Of a DNA stretch of 64,000 nucleotides, positions 1 through 12,584 are shown piece by piece. Each line of letters opens with the position of its first letter. Position 1 is the first letter of the stretch. Made by a program: the position numbers and the translations under genes. The DNA comes from a phage. Location: the sequence record PZ386974.1. One strand, written 5' to 3'. Under the pieces are notes generated by a model that was not told the origin of the DNA, did not search any database, and worked only from the letters and a program-made list of their open reading frames with translations.

Positions 1-1839
<1,839 letters not shown>

Positions 1840-1866
1840 AAATAAAGCAAATTAAGAGGAATTAAA

Positions 1867-3849
1867 ATGACACTTCTCTCTCCGGGCGTTGAGCTCAAAG
1901 AAACTACCGTACAGAGTACTGTAGTTAATAACTCCACTGGTACTGCTGCCCTGGCTGGAAAATTCCAATGGGGACCTGCATTCCAGATTAAACAAATCAC
2001 TGATGAAGTTGCATTGGTTGATATGTTTGGTACTCCTAATACGGATACAGCAGATTATTTCATGTCTGCTATGAACTTCCTTCAATATGGTAATGACCTT
2101 CGTGTTGTACGCGCAGTTGACCGTGATACTGCTAAGAACTCATCTCCTGTAGCAGGCAATATTGAATTCACAATCTCTGCTGCTGGTAGTAACTATGCAG
2201 TTGGTGATAAAATTATCGTTAAGTATTTGACCGAAACTGTTGAAGCAGATGGTTATGTCACTTCAGTTGATGTCGATGGTAAAATTCTTAACATTTATAT
2301 CCCAACCGGTAAAATTATTGCTCGTGCAAAAGAAATTAATGAATATCCGGCATTGGGTTCTAACTGGACCGCCGAAGTTGCCAGTTCTTCTTCTGGTCTC
2401 TCTGGCGTTATTACAATTGGTTCTATCGTAACCGATTCGGGTATTCTGTTAACTGAAGTTGAAACTTCTGAAGAAGCTATTACTTCTCTAACTTTCCAAG
2501 AATCTATTAAAAAATATGGTGTCCCAGGCGTAGTTGCTCTTTATCCTGGTGAACTTGGCGACCAGCTCGAAATTGAAATCGTATCTAAAGCAGACTATGA
2601 CAAAGGTGCTTCAGCCCAGTTAAAAATTTATCCTGATGGTGGTACTCGTGCATCTACTGCTAAAGCAATCTTTGGGTATGGCCCACAAACTGATGACCAA
2701 TATGCAATTATCGTTCGTCGTAACGATGCTGTAGTTCAGAGCGTAGTTCTTTCTACTAAACGTGGTGAACGCGATATTTATGGTAGTAATATCTTTATTG
2801 ATGATTTCTTTGCTAAAGGCGCAAGCAATTATATTTTCGCTACTGCACAAGGTTGGCCAAAAGGTTTCTCTGGCGTAATCAAACTGGGTGGTGGCTTATC
2901 ATCTAATGAAACGGTTGACGCTGGTGATTTAATGGAAGCTTGGGATTTGTTTGCTGACCGTGAATCTGTTAATGCGCAGTTGTTTATTGCCGGTTCTTGT
3001 GCAGGTGAATCTTTAGAAGTTGCTTCTACAGTTCAGAAACATGTTGTAGCAATTGGTGATTCTCGCCAAGATTGCTTGGTTCTTTGCTCACCACCACGTG
3101 CAACTATAGTCGGTATTCCTGTTAATCGTGCAGTTGATAATCTGGTTGATTGGCGTACTGCAACAGGAACTTACACCGATAATAACTTTAATGTAAGTTC
3201 TACTTATGCTGCTATTGACGGTAACTATAAATATCAATATGACAAATATAATGATGTGAATCGTTGGGTTCCATTAGCCGCTGATATCGCTGGTCTTTGT
3301 GCTCGTACAGACAATATTTCTCAGCCTTGGATGTCTCCTGCCGGTTATAACCGTGGACAAATTCTTAACGTTATTAAGCTTGCAATTGAAACTCGCCAAG
3401 CGCAGCGTGATCGTTTGTATCAGGAAGCTATTAACCCTGTCACTGGTACCGGTGGTGATGGGTATGTTCTGTACGGTGATAAAACTGCCACTTCTGTTCC
3501 TTCACCATTTGACCGTATTAACGTTCGTCGTTTGTTCAATATGGTTAAAACGAACATTGGTTCAGCATCTAAATATCGCCTGTTTGAATTGAACAACGCA
3601 TTTACCCGTTCTTCTTTCCGTACAGAGACTTCTCAATATCTACAGGGTATTAAAGCTCTCGGTGGTGTATATAACTTTAAAGTTGTTTGTGATACTACCA
3701 ATAACACCCCAGCAGTTATCGACCGTAATGAATTTGTAGCTACTTTCTACTTACAACCTGCCCGCTCGATAAATTATATTACGTTGAACTTTGTAGCAAC
3801 AGCAACTGGTGCCGATTTCGACGAACTAATTGGTGCTGTAGGTGGTTAA
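1867..3849 (+). CDS. 18: tail sheath protein gp18
   Basis: 660-aa ORF; N-terminus MTLLSPGVELKETTVQ and length match T4 gp18. Confidence 0.95.
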   Translation: MTLLSPGVELKETTVQSTVVNNSTGTAALAGKFQWGPAFQIKQITDEVALVDMFGTPNTDTADYFMSAMNFLQYGNDLRVVRAVDRDTAKNSSPVAGNIEFTISAAGSNYAVGDKIIVKYLTETVEADGYVTSVDVDGKILNIYIPTGKIIARAKEINEYPALGSNWTAEVASSSSGLSGVITIGSIVTDSGILLTEVETSEEAITSLTFQESIKKYGVPGVVALYPGELGDQLEIEIVSKADYDKGASAQLKIYPDGGTRASTAKAIFGYGPQTDDQYAIIVRRNDAVVQSVVLSTKRGERDIYGSNIFIDDFFAKGASNYIFATAQGWPKGFSGVIKLGGGLSSNETVDAGDLMEAWDLFADRESVNAQLFIAGSCAGESLEVASTVQKHVVAIGDSRQDCLVLCSPPRATIVGIPVNRAVDNLVDWRTATGTYTDNNFNVSSTYAAIDGNYKYQYDKYNDVNRWVPLAADIAGLCARTDNISQPWMSPAGYNRGQILNVIKLAIETRQAQRDRLYQEAINPVTGTGGDGYVLYGDKTATSVPSPFDRINVRRLFNMVKTNIGSASKYRLFELNNAFTRSSFRTETSQYLQGIKALGGVYNFKVVCDTTNNTPAVIDRNEFVATFYLQPARSINYITLNFVATATGADFDELIGAVGG

Positions 3850-3862
3850 TAAGACGCCTGAT

Positions 3863-3880
3863 GGGCTATTTCGGTAGCCC
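3863..3880 (+). terminator. intergenic hairpin GGGCTA-tttcgg-TAGCCC after gene 18
   Basis: 6-bp GC-rich stem directly after gene 18 stop; followed by late promoter. Confidence 0.4.
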
Positions 3881-3881
3881 A

Positions 3882-3889
3882 TATAAATA
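3882..3889 (+). promoter_or_regulatory. T4-type late promoter TATAAATA for gene 19
   Basis: exact TATAAATA in 18-19 intergenic region. Confidence 0.6.
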
Positions 3890-3961
3890 TACTATATCGT
3901 TTAAAAATTAATTCTATGGGCATCTGGTTAATCCTAAGCCCATATTACTACAGAGGCTAAT

Positions 3962-4453
3962 ATGTTTGTAGATGACGTAACTCGTGCCTTCGAATCAGGT
4001 GATTTCGCTCGCCCTAACCTGTTCGAAGTAGAAATCTCTTATCTTGGGCAAAACTTTAGCTTCCAGTGTCGTGCTACGGCTCTTCCTGCTGCGATCGTTG
4101 AAAAGGTTCCTGTTTCTTATATGAACCGTAAAATTAACGTGGCCGGTGATCGTACATTCGATGATTGGACTATTACAGTAATGAACGATGATGCTCATAG
4201 CATTCGTCAGAAATTTGTTGATTGGCAAGGTATTGCAGCAGGACAAGGTAATGAAATTACCGGTGGTAAACCTGCTGAATATAAAAAGTCTGCTATTGTT
4301 CGCCAATTTGCTCGCGATGCTAAAACGGTCACTAAAGAAGTTGAAATTGTTGGCTTGTGGCCTACTAACGTTGGTGAAGTATCTCTTGATTGGGACAGCA
4401 ATAACGAGATTGAAACATTCGAAGTAACTCTTGCTCTCGATTGGTGGGAATAA
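3962..4453 (+). CDS. 19: tail tube protein gp19
   Basis: 163-aa ORF, same length and position as T4 gp19. Confidence 0.93.
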   Translation: MFVDDVTRAFESGDFARPNLFEVEISYLGQNFSFQCRATALPAAIVEKVPVSYMNRKINVAGDRTFDDWTITVMNDDAHSIRQKFVDWQGIAAGQGNEITGGKPAEYKKSAIVRQFARDAKTVTKEVEIVGLWPTNVGEVSLDWDSNNEIETFEVTLALDWWE

Positions 4454-4455
4454 TC

Positions 4456-4477
4456 TGGTTGGGGAGAAATCCCCAGC
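4456..4477 (+). terminator. intergenic hairpin (GGGGA-gaaa-TCCCC core) after gene 19
   Basis: GC stem with GAAA tetraloop immediately after gene 19 stop. Confidence 0.4.
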
Positions 4478-4501
4478 TTCCCGTGATGACGGAGAAGTCC
4501 A

Positions 4502-4509
4502 TATAAATA
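4502..4509 (+). promoter_or_regulatory. T4-type late promoter TATAAATA for gene 20
   Basis: exact TATAAATA about 28 nt upstream of gene 20 ATG. Confidence 0.6.
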
Positions 4510-4537
4510 TAACTATAATTCCCATTCGGAGAATACA

Positions 4538-6109
4538 ATGAAATTTAATATCTTAAGTTTGTTTGCTCCATGGGCAAAAATGGACGAACGTGATTACAAA
4601 GACCAAGAAAAAGAAAATTTAGAATCTATCACCACACCAAAATTAGACGACGGCGCTAAAGAATACGAAGTATCTGAAAATGAAGCACAGCAAACATATA
4701 ATGCTATGTTTCAGAGAATGTTTGGTAGTCAAGAACCAGGGCTCAAATCAACCCGTGAATTAATCGATACGTATCGAAATTTGATGACGAACTATGAAGT
4801 GGATAACGCGGTCTCTGAAATAGTTTCTGATGCTATCGTGTATGAAGATGATACAGAAGTCGTTTCTATAAATTTAGACAACACAAAATTTAGTCCAAAT
4901 ATAAAATCAATGATGTTGGATGAATTTAACGAAGTGTTGAATCATTTATCTTTCCAACGTAAAGGTTCAGACCATTTTAGGCGTTGGTATGTAGATTCTC
5001 GAATTTTCTTCCATAAAATTATTGACCCTAAACGCCCTAAAGAAGGTATTAAAGAGCTTCGTCGTTTAGACCCACGTCAAGTTCAATATGTCCGTGAAGT
5101 TATTACAACCACTGAAGCCGGTGTTAAAATAGTCAAGGGTTATAAAGAATATTTCATTTATGACACATCACACGAATCTTATGCTTGTGATGGTCGCATA
5201 TATGAAGCTGGCACAAAAATAAAAATCCCTAAAGCCGCGATTGTTTACGCCCATTCTGGTTTAGTTGATTGTTGTGGTAAAAATATCATCGGTTATTTGC
5301 ATAGGGCTATTAAGCCAGCGAACCAATTAAAACTTCTTGAAGATGCTGTCGTAATTTATCGTATTACTCGTGCTCCCGATCGTCGTGTATGGTACGTTGA
5401 TACAGGTAATATGCCTTCAAGAAAAGCAGCAGAACATATGCAACATGTTATGAATACGATGAAAAACCGTATTGCATATGATGCTACTACAGGCAAGATT
5501 AAAAACCAGCAGCATATTATGTCGATGACCGAAGATTATTGGTTACAACGACGTGATGGTAAAGCAGTAACAGAAGTTGACACATTACCGGGTGCAGATA
5601 ATACCGGAAATATGGAAGATGTACGTTGGTTCCGTAATGCGCTTTATATGGCTTTACGTATTCCTATTACCCGTATTCCAAGTGACCAAGGTGGTATACA
5701 GTTTGATGCTGGTACTTCTATTACACGAGATGAATTGTCATTTGGTAAATTTATTCGTGAGCTGCAACATAAATTTGAAGAGATATTCCTAGACCCGCTT
5801 AAAACTAATTTAATTCTTAAAGGAATTATTACAGAAGATGAGTGGAATGATGAAATAAATAATATTAAGATAAAATTTCATCGGGATAGTTATTTCTCGG
5901 AATTAAAGGATGCTGAGATTCTGGAGCGTCGCATTAATATGCTTCAGATGGCCGAACCATTTATTGGTAAATATATTTCTCACAGAACAGCTATGAAAGA
6001 TATTCTTCAGATGTCTGACGAGGAAATTGAACAAGAGGCTAAGCAAATTGAAGAAGAGTCGAAAGAGGCTCGTTTCCAAGACCCCGACCAAGAACAAGAG
6101 GATTTTTAA
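4538..6109 (+). CDS. 20: portal vertex protein gp20
   Basis: 523-aa ORF; T4 gp20 length and position downstream of gene 19. Confidence 0.93.
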   Translation: MKFNILSLFAPWAKMDERDYKDQEKENLESITTPKLDDGAKEYEVSENEAQQTYNAMFQRMFGSQEPGLKSTRELIDTYRNLMTNYEVDNAVSEIVSDAIVYEDDTEVVSINLDNTKFSPNIKSMMLDEFNEVLNHLSFQRKGSDHFRRWYVDSRIFFHKIIDPKRPKEGIKELRRLDPRQVQYVREVITTTEAGVKIVKGYKEYFIYDTSHESYACDGRIYEAGTKIKIPKAAIVYAHSGLVDCCGKNIIGYLHRAIKPANQLKLLEDAVVIYRITRAPDRRVWYVDTGNMPSRKAAEHMQHVMNTMKNRIAYDATTGKIKNQQHIMSMTEDYWLQRRDGKAVTEVDTLPGADNTGNMEDVRWFRNALYMALRIPITRIPSDQGGIQFDAGTSITRDELSFGKFIRELQHKFEEIFLDPLKTNLILKGIITEDEWNDEINNIKIKFHRDSYFSELKDAEILERRINMLQMAEPFIGKYISHRTAMKDILQMSDEEIEQEAKQIEEESKEARFQDPDQEQEDF

Positions 6110-6345
6110 TGGACGATTTAATTCAAGCTATTAAATCAAACGACCTCGTTGCTACTCGAAAGTTTTTTGAAAGTGCAATGGCAGAAAAAACGGTTCGTTT
6201 GATTGAAGCACGCAAAGCAGAAATCGCGTCTCAATTTTTGATTGAAGGCGAAGAACCTGAAGAAGAAAAGAAAGCTAAAGCTTCGGAAGACGACGCTGAT
6301 GAAGGCGATGACGACGAAGACGAAGATGATGAGGACGATGAATAA
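6109..6345 (+). CDS. 67: prohead core protein gp67
   Basis: 78-aa ORF with poly-acidic C-terminus ([12 protein letters not shown]), ATGA overlap with gene 20, as in T4. Confidence 0.85.
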   Translation: MDDLIQAIKSNDLVATRKFFESAMAEKTVRLIEARKAEIASQFLIEGEEPEEEKKAKASEDDADEGDDDEDEDDEDDE

Positions 6346-6770
6346 TGTATCTTATCCCTGAATCTTATGAATTGGTACTCGAAAATGTCGAAGCACTTAT
6401 TCCTGAAGCACAGGGCCGAATCGATGCATTGTCTTCTGCTCTCGATATTGACGATATAAATACTATTATCGAGAACATGCTTGAAACTGAAACGGATTTA
6501 GCTGTTGCAATGGCTTCCATTATTAATGAAGAACAGTTAAATGAGTTTATCGTTAAACATGTTTCTTCTCGTGGTGAAGTCACCCGCACTAAAGACCGTA
6601 AAACTCGTGAACGTAATGCGTTCCAAACCACTGGTCTTTCTAAAGCAAAACGTAGACAAATCGCTCGTAAGGTCGTTAAAGCTAAAAAAGCTAACCCTTC
6701 AGGCCAAGTTAAAGGCTTGCGTAAGCGTAAAAAGGCTCTTAAACGTCGTAAAGCATTAGGATTAAGCTAA
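6345..6770 (+). CDS. 68: prohead core protein gp68
   Basis: 141-aa ORF, basic C-terminus, position between 67 and 21. Confidence 0.85.
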   Translation: MYLIPESYELVLENVEALIPEAQGRIDALSSALDIDDINTIIENMLETETDLAVAMASIINEEQLNEFIVKHVSSRGEVTRTKDRKTRERNAFQTTGLSKAKRRQIARKVVKAKKANPSGQVKGLRKRKKALKRRKALGLS

Positions 6771-7411
6771 TGAATAAACCCGAGTTACTTATTGAAACTT
6801 GGGGTCAACCCGGTGAGATTATTGATGGCGTTCCAATGTTGGAATCTCATGATGGAAAAGATTCTGGCTTAAAACCAGGGCTTTATATAGAAGGTATTTT
6901 TCTTCAGGCAGAGGTTGTTAACCGAAATAAACGTTTATATCCTAAACGCGTTTTGGAAAAAGCAGTAAGTGACTATATTAAAGAACAAGTCGCAACCAAA
7001 CAAGCCCTTGGAGAATTAAACCATCCACCTCGCGCAAATGTTGACCCTATGCAAGCCGCTATCATTATTGAAGATATGTGGTGGAAAGGAAACGATGTAT
7101 ATGGACGTGCTAGAATTATTGAAGGTGACCATGGTCCCGGCGATAAATTAGCTGCTAATATACGAGCTGGTTGGATTCCAGGTGTTTCCTCTCGTGGTCT
7201 TGGTTCTTTAACCGACACCAATAAAGGGTACCGTATCGTGAACGAAGGATTTAAATTAACCGTCGGCGTAGATGCCGTATGGGGACCTTCTGCTCCAGAT
7301 GCTTGGGTTACTCCTAAACAAATATCAGAATCAGAAAATTCGGTGGAAATCACCAAAAACAGTGCTGATGAAGCATTTAAAGCTCTCGCAGAGAGTTTAA
7401 AAGCATTATAA
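6770..7411 (+). CDS. 21: prohead core protease gp21
   Basis: 213-aa ORF; T4 gp21 length and synteny. Confidence 0.92.
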   Translation: MNKPELLIETWGQPGEIIDGVPMLESHDGKDSGLKPGLYIEGIFLQAEVVNRNKRLYPKRVLEKAVSDYIKEQVATKQALGELNHPPRANVDPMQAAIIIEDMWWKGNDVYGRARIIEGDHGPGDKLAANIRAGWIPGVSSRGLGSLTDTNKGYRIVNEGFKLTVGVDAVWGPSAPDAWVTPKQISESENSVEITKNSADEAFKALAESLKAL

Positions 7412-7444
7412 ATAATAATGTAATCTAAACCACAGGACACTAAA

Positions 7445-8257
7445 ATGATCAAAGAACAACTTTTGAAAGAAGCTCAGAACATCGAGACTTCAGTTGCTCT
7501 TAATAGTGTTTTCGAATCAGTAGAACTGTCTCCGGACGTTAAAGCTAATTTCAGCACTGTATTCGAAGCCACCGTTAAGCAGGAAGCAGTCAAACTGGCT
7601 GAATCTCATATCAAAGCCATCGCCGAAAAGGCCGAAGAAGAAGTTGAAAAGGCTAAAGAAGATGCTGAAGAGAAAGCTGATAAAAAATTGGCTGAACAAG
7701 CTTCTAAATTCCTAGACCATCTTGCAAAAGAATGGCTCGCAGAAAACCAAATCGCAGTTGATAAAGGCATTAAAGCTGATTTGTTCGAATCCATGCTTGG
7801 TGGTCTGAAAGAACTGTTTGTTGAACATAACGTTGTTGTTCCAGAAGAATCTGTAGATGTTGTAGCAGAAATGGAAGAAGAGCTGGCCGAACATAAAGAA
7901 GAAACCGCTCGTTTGTTCGAAGAAGTTACCAAACGTGATGCATATATCAATTACGTTCAGCGTGAAACCGCTATTAATGAAAGCGTAAAAGACCTGACTG
8001 AATCTCAGAAAGAAAAAGTTATTGGCCTGGTTGAAGGTATGGATTATTCTGACGCATTTGGTACTAAGTTAACTGCTATTGTAGAAATGGTTAAAGGTTC
8101 TACTAAAGAAGAAGCCGCTATTACCGAAAGTATAAATACAGTTGACAATGACGCTGCCGGTCTTAATTTTGTTGCCGAAGCAGTTGACACTACCACAACT
8201 CAGGTAGAACAGAATTCTAATGTAAGTTTATATGCGAAAGTCGCATCTCGTTTCTAA
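7445..8257 (+). CDS. 22: prohead core scaffold protein gp22
   Basis: 270-aa highly acidic coiled-coil-like ORF between 21 and 23. Confidence 0.92.
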   Translation: MIKEQLLKEAQNIETSVALNSVFESVELSPDVKANFSTVFEATVKQEAVKLAESHIKAIAEKAEEEVEKAKEDAEEKADKKLAEQASKFLDHLAKEWLAENQIAVDKGIKADLFESMLGGLKELFVEHNVVVPEESVDVVAEMEEELAEHKEETARLFEEVTKRDAYINYVQRETAINESVKDLTESQKEKVIGLVEGMDYSDAFGTKLTAIVEMVKGSTKEEAAITESINTVDNDAAGLNFVAEAVDTTTTQVEQNSNVSLYAKVASRF

Positions 8258-8274
8258 TTTAAAGGTTAACACAA

Positions 8275-9843
8275 ATGACTACTATCAAAACTAAAGCTCA
8301 GCTCGTAGACAAATGGAAAGAACTGCTGGAAGGTGAAGGCCTGCCGGAAATCGCTAATAGCAAGCAGGCTATTATCGCTAAAATCTTCGAAAACCAGGAA
8401 AAAGATTTCGAAGTATCCCCTGAATATAAAGACGAGAAAATCGCTCAGGCATTTGGTTCTTTCTTGACCGAAGCTGAAATTGGTGGTGACCATGGTTATA
8501 ATGCTCAGAACATCGCAGCAGGTCAAACCTCTGGTGCAGTAACACAAATTGGGCCGGCAGTTATGGGTATGGTTCGTCGTGCTATTCCTAATCTGATCGC
8601 TTTTGATATTTGTGGTGTTCAGCCTATGAACAGCCCGACCGGTCAGGTATTTGCTCTCCGTGCAGTATATGGTAAAGACCCTATCGCTGCTGGCGCTAAA
8701 GAAGCTTTCCATCCGATGTATGCCCCAGACGCGATGTTCTCTGGTCAGGGTGCTGCTAAGAAATTCCCAGCTCTGGCTGCTGACACTACTACTGTTGTAG
8801 GTGATATCTATACTCACTTCTTCCAAGAAACTGGTACCGTATATCTGCAAGCTTCTGCTATCGTAACACTTGATTCTAGTGCAACTGATGCAGCTAAATT
8901 AGATGCAGAAGTTAAGAAACAAATGGAAGCTGGTGCACTGGTAGAAATCGCTGAAGGTATGGCTACTTCTATCGCTGAACTTCAGGAAGGTTTCAACGGT
9001 TCTACCGATAACCCATGGAATGAAATGGGCTTCCGTATCGATAAACAAGTTATCGAAGCTAAATCTCGTCAGCTGAAAGCTGCTTACTCTATCGAATTAG
9101 CACAAGACCTCCGTGCAGTACACGGTATGGATGCTGATGCTGAACTGAGCGGTATTCTGGCTACAGAAATTATGCTAGAAATCAACCGTGAAGTTGTTGA
9201 TTGGATTAACTACTCTGCACAGGTTGGTAAATCTGGTATGACCCTGACTCCGGGTTCTAAAGCTGGCGTATTTGACTTCCAGGACCCGATTGATATCCGT
9301 GGTGCTCGTTGGGCCGGTGAAAGCTTTAAATCTCTGTTGTTCCAGATTGATAAAGAAGCAGTTGAAATTGCTCGTCAAACCGGTCGTGGTGAAGGTAACT
9401 TCATTATCGCTTCCCGTAACGTAGTTAACGTACTGGCTTCAGTTGATACTGGTATTTCTTACGCTGCGCAGGGTCTGGCTTCTGGTTTTAATACCGACAC
9501 TACTAAGTCTGTATTTGCCGGTGTACTTGGTGGTAAATACCGCGTATACATCGACCAGTATGCTAAACAGGATTACTTCACCGTTGGTTACAAAGGCGCT
9601 AACGAAATGGATGCAGGTATTTACTATGCTCCTTACGTTGCACTTACCCCGCTGCGTGGTTCCGATCCTAAGAACTTCCAGCCGGTAATGGGCTTTAAAA
9701 CTCGTTACGGTATCGGTGTTAACCCGTTTGCTGAAAGTTCCCTGCAGGCTCCAGGTGCTCGCATCCAGTCCGGTATGCCGTCTATCCTGAACAGCCTTGG
9801 TAAGAACGCTTACTTCCGCCGTGTATATGTAAAAGGCATCTAA
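8275..9843 (+). CDS. 23: major capsid protein gp23
   Basis: 522-aa ORF; strong T4-like codon bias; matches T4 gp23 length and sequence by recall. Confidence 0.96.
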   Translation: MTTIKTKAQLVDKWKELLEGEGLPEIANSKQAIIAKIFENQEKDFEVSPEYKDEKIAQAFGSFLTEAEIGGDHGYNAQNIAAGQTSGAVTQIGPAVMGMVRRAIPNLIAFDICGVQPMNSPTGQVFALRAVYGKDPIAAGAKEAFHPMYAPDAMFSGQGAAKKFPALAADTTTVVGDIYTHFFQETGTVYLQASAIVTLDSSATDAAKLDAEVKKQMEAGALVEIAEGMATSIAELQEGFNGSTDNPWNEMGFRIDKQVIEAKSRQLKAAYSIELAQDLRAVHGMDADAELSGILATEIMLEINREVVDWINYSAQVGKSGMTLTPGSKAGVFDFQDPIDIRGARWAGESFKSLLFQIDKEAVEIARQTGRGEGNFIIASRNVVNVLASVDTGISYAAQGLASGFNTDTTKSVFAGVLGGKYRVYIDQYAKQDYFTVGYKGANEMDAGIYYAPYVALTPLRGSDPKNFQPVMGFKTRYGIGVNPFAESSLQAPGARIQSGMPSILNSLGKNAYFRRVYVKGI

Positions 9844-9867
9844 TCTTAATTGATTAAATCTTATTTT

Positions 9868-9892
9868 GGGAGACTTCGGTCTCCCATTTTTG
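9868..9892. terminator. rho-independent terminator GGGAGAC-ttcg-GTCTCCC + T-run after gene 23
   Basis: 7-bp GC stem with UUCG tetraloop followed by ATTTTTGG; same 25-mer recurs at 57319 and (reverse strand) 48993. Confidence 0.65.
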
Positions 9893-9895
9893 GTT

Positions 9896-10165
9896 TTATT
9901 TCTGTGCAATTTCGATGTAAGTTTTCAAAATATTTTGCCAATTAGGCATACCTTCTTGGTCATATGCCGGAGAACCGTCTTTGTTTTTGAATGATGCAAG
10001 TTTATCGGTGGCCCAATAACCTTTAGCTCGAGCTTCAGAATCAACTTTCATCCATACTTTGTTGAAGGCATTACCATTAACTTTTGCACCATATTTTTCT
10101 ACTAACTTAACTGCTTCAGCTTCCAGAACTTTTAAAGTATCTCGTAAGAAACGTGCTTTAGTCAT
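9896..10165 (-). CDS. hypothetical protein (antisense small gene between 23 and 24)
   Basis: 89-aa ORF with GAGGAG RBS and upstream early-type promoter; sits where I recall T4 carrying segD (uncertain). Confidence 0.55.
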   Translation of the reverse strand: MTKARFLRDTLKVLEAEAVKLVEKYGAKVNGNAFNKVWMKVDSEARAKGYWATDKLASFKNKDGSPAYDQEGMPNWQNILKTYIEIAQK

Positions 10166-10195
10166 TTTGTTTACTCCTCTGTAGTTGATAAGTCT

Positions 10196-10225
10196 ATAGT
10201 ATCATATACCAAATACGTTGTAAAC
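10196..10225 (-). promoter_or_regulatory. T4 early-type promoter (GTTTACA-N17-TACTAT) for ORF 9896-10165
   Basis: minus-strand GTTTACA, 17-nt spacer, TACTAT; same architecture at several other minus-strand gene starts. Confidence 0.45.
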
Positions 10226-10231
10226 AATCTT

Positions 10232-10239
10232 TATAAATA
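10232..10239 (+). promoter_or_regulatory. T4-type late promoter TATAAATA for gene 24
   Basis: exact TATAAATA about 28 nt upstream of gene 24 ATG. Confidence 0.6.
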
Positions 10240-10266
10240 ATCTATATCACATAAGGAAAAAATGCA

Positions 10267-11550
10267 ATGAGTAAAATCCAAAAATTATTGCGTGAATCTA
10301 CAACGTCTACCAGCAACTCAATTGGTCGCCCAAATCTCGTTGCTTTGACTCGCGCTACGACTAAATTAATATATTCTGACATTGTAGCAACACAAAGAAC
10401 TAATCAACCTGTTGCTGCTTTTTATGGTATCAAATATCTTAACCCAGATAACGAATTCACATTTAAAACTGGCGCTACTTATGCGGGTGAAGCTGGATAC
10501 GTAGACCGAGAAAAAATTACTGAGCTCACAGAAGAATCAAAAGTCACACTAAATAAAGGCGATTTTTTCAAATATAATAATATCGTCTATAAAGTGTTAG
10601 AAGATACACCATTTGCAGATATTCAAGAAAGTGATCTAGAATTAGCTCTTCAGATTGCAGTCGTTCATTTAAAGGTACGGTTATTTTCAGATGCAGCGGT
10701 AACAAGCAAATTTGAAAGCTCTGATAGCGAAATTTCTGATGCAAGATTCCAGATTAATAAATGGCAAACTTCAGTCAAATCTCGTAAACTTAAAACTGGT
10801 CTCACGGTTGAATTAGCGCAAGATTTGGAAGCGAATGGATTTGATGCCCCTAACTTCTTAGAAGATTTGCTTGCTACTGAAATGGCAGATGAAATTAATA
10901 AAGATATTCTTCAGTCTTTAATTACTGTATCGAAACGTTATAAAGTTACTGGAATTACTGACACTGGATTTATTGACTTGAGCTATGCGTCAGCTCCAGA
11001 AGCAGGTCGTTCATTATATCGAATGGTGTGTGAAATGGTATCACACATTCAAAAAGAGACAACTTATACTGCAACGTTTTGTGTAGCCTCAGCTCGTGCA
11101 GCTGCTATTCTTGCTGCTTCTGGTTGGTTAAAACATAAGCCAGAAGATGACAAGTATCTTTCACAAAATGCTTATGGATTCTTGGCAAATGGATTACCTC
11201 TTTACTGCGATACCAACAGCCCGTTAGATTATGTTATTGTGGGTGTTGTAGAAAATCTCGGCGAAAAAGAAATTGTAGGGTCCATCTTTTATGCTCCATA
11301 CACTGAAGGAGTAGATTTAGATGACCCAGAACATGTCGGTGCTTTTAAAGTTGTAGTTGATCCAGAAAGCTTGCAACCGTCTATCGGATTATTGGTTAGA
11401 TATGCTTTATCAGCAAATCCTTACACAGTGGCAAAAGACGAAAAAGAAGCGAGAATAATTGATGGTGGGGACATGGATAAAATGGCAGGACGTTCAGACT
11501 TGTCTGTTTTACTCGGTGTTAAATTGCCTAAAATTATTATAGATGAATAA
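10267..11550 (+). CDS. 24: head vertex protein gp24
   Basis: 427-aa ORF, T4 gp24 length; gp23 paralog. Confidence 0.93.
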   Translation: MSKIQKLLRESTTSTSNSIGRPNLVALTRATTKLIYSDIVATQRTNQPVAAFYGIKYLNPDNEFTFKTGATYAGEAGYVDREKITELTEESKVTLNKGDFFKYNNIVYKVLEDTPFADIQESDLELALQIAVVHLKVRLFSDAAVTSKFESSDSEISDARFQINKWQTSVKSRKLKTGLTVELAQDLEANGFDAPNFLEDLLATEMADEINKDILQSLITVSKRYKVTGITDTGFIDLSYASAPEAGRSLYRMVCEMVSHIQKETTYTATFCVASARAAAILAASGWLKHKPEDDKYLSQNAYGFLANGLPLYCDTNSPLDYVIVGVVENLGEKEIVGSIFYAPYTEGVDLDDPEHVGAFKVVVDPESLQPSIGLLVRYALSANPYTVAKDEKEARIIDGGDMDKMAGRSDLSVLLGVKLPKIIIDE

Positions 11551-11562
11551 ACAAAAAAAAAA

Positions 11563-11585
11563 GGGACCTTACGGTCCCTTTTTCG
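11563..11585. terminator. bidirectional terminator GGGACC-ttac-GGTCCC flanked by A-run and T-run
   Basis: between convergent genes 24 (+) and rnlB (-). Confidence 0.65.
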
Positions 11586-12584
11586 TTATGATACTAATTC
11601 AATCCATGCAGGACGCAGAACATCTTGCACCATTCGGACTAATTCTTTCTTAACAAGATTCGGATTATCAGATGATGTTAATACAATACCTTCACGAGAA
11701 GTTTCTTCCAGAATATCTTGAACAGTCAATCCCATCACTTTACCAAAATCTTTTGGCGTTACAGTCCCAATCTTAGAAATCACATTATTAATACGATTTA
11801 ATGTAACATAACAAGCTAGAACATCAATCAAGTTTTTGTCAGTTTCGGTTAATGGAACCTGAGTTTTAATAGGCTTATCAGACTTTTTCTTTTCACTGAA
11901 TTTAGAGTTCTTGCACTTAATAGCTACACGAGTACCGTTTGGCAGCCATTTAGGGAAACAGGGCTTCAGAACATAACCTTCTGCCGTATTATCGCCAATA
12001 ACATTAGCATCAAATACGCAATTATTTGCTTCGACAAGGTCTTCCGATGCCGTGGCGTTATAAGCGGCTAAGACGGAATCAAGGTCATTTGGAATCATGA
12101 TAAGAGAATCAAATGTTCCACGTCCAAGCATTGGTGCCATTTTAAAACCGAATTCATTACAGAAATCTTGCATTTCGTAATCGGTCAAATACGTATTATC
12201 ACCACTTTCTGTATTGATAAGGATATCGAACACGTAAAAATCTTTTTCACCGTAGTCAACACCTTTCTGGATTCCACCACCAGCGAATTCACCGAATACT
12301 TGATATGATACGGCTCGAGCTGTGTACATGAATTCCTGAACGGCTTTAATAGCTTTATCATACTTCTTGAGTACGATTTCATAACCATAAAAATCTTCTG
12401 CTGGAAGAATAGGGCCTGTGCGCTTGGCGCATGTGACGTTGTCACGTTCAATTATTAACGAGAAGTTAGTCCCATGGATTTTCTCACGTGCTACCCAAAC
12501 ACCAGTAGTCAAACCATTAGTGTAGAGTTTTTCAATAAACTTAGAGTTGTAGTGGTTTTCAAGACTGCTGTATTTCTTAAACAT
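11586..12584 (-). CDS. rnlB: RNA ligase 2 (Rnl2)
   Basis: 332-aa ORF; N-terminus [21 protein letters not shown] and KIHGTNF lysine-nucleotidyl motif match T4 Rnl2. Confidence 0.95.
   Translation of the reverse strand: MFKKYSSLENHYNSKFIEKLYTNGLTTGVWVAREKIHGTNFSLIIERDNVTCAKRTGPILPAEDFYGYEIVLKKYDKAIKAVQEFMYTARAVSYQVFGEFAGGGIQKGVDYGEKDFYVFDILINTESGDNTYLTDYEMQDFCNEFGFKMAPMLGRGTFDSLIMIPNDLDSVLAAYNATASEDLVEANNCVFDANVIGDNTAEGYVLKPCFPKWLPNGTRVAIKCKNSKFSEKKKSDKPIKTQVPLTETDKNLIDVLACYVTLNRINNVISKIGTVTPKDFGKVMGLTVQDILEETSREGIVLTSSDNPNLVKKELVRMVQDVLRPAWIELVS

Noticed and set aside
7606-7950. Ser/Ala-rich 114-aa minus-strand ORF (and 7517-7699, 7712-7894) inside gene 22
   Set aside because: Antisense to a well-supported late structural gene; low-complexity composition from reading the GAA/GCT-rich gene 22 sequence in reverse.
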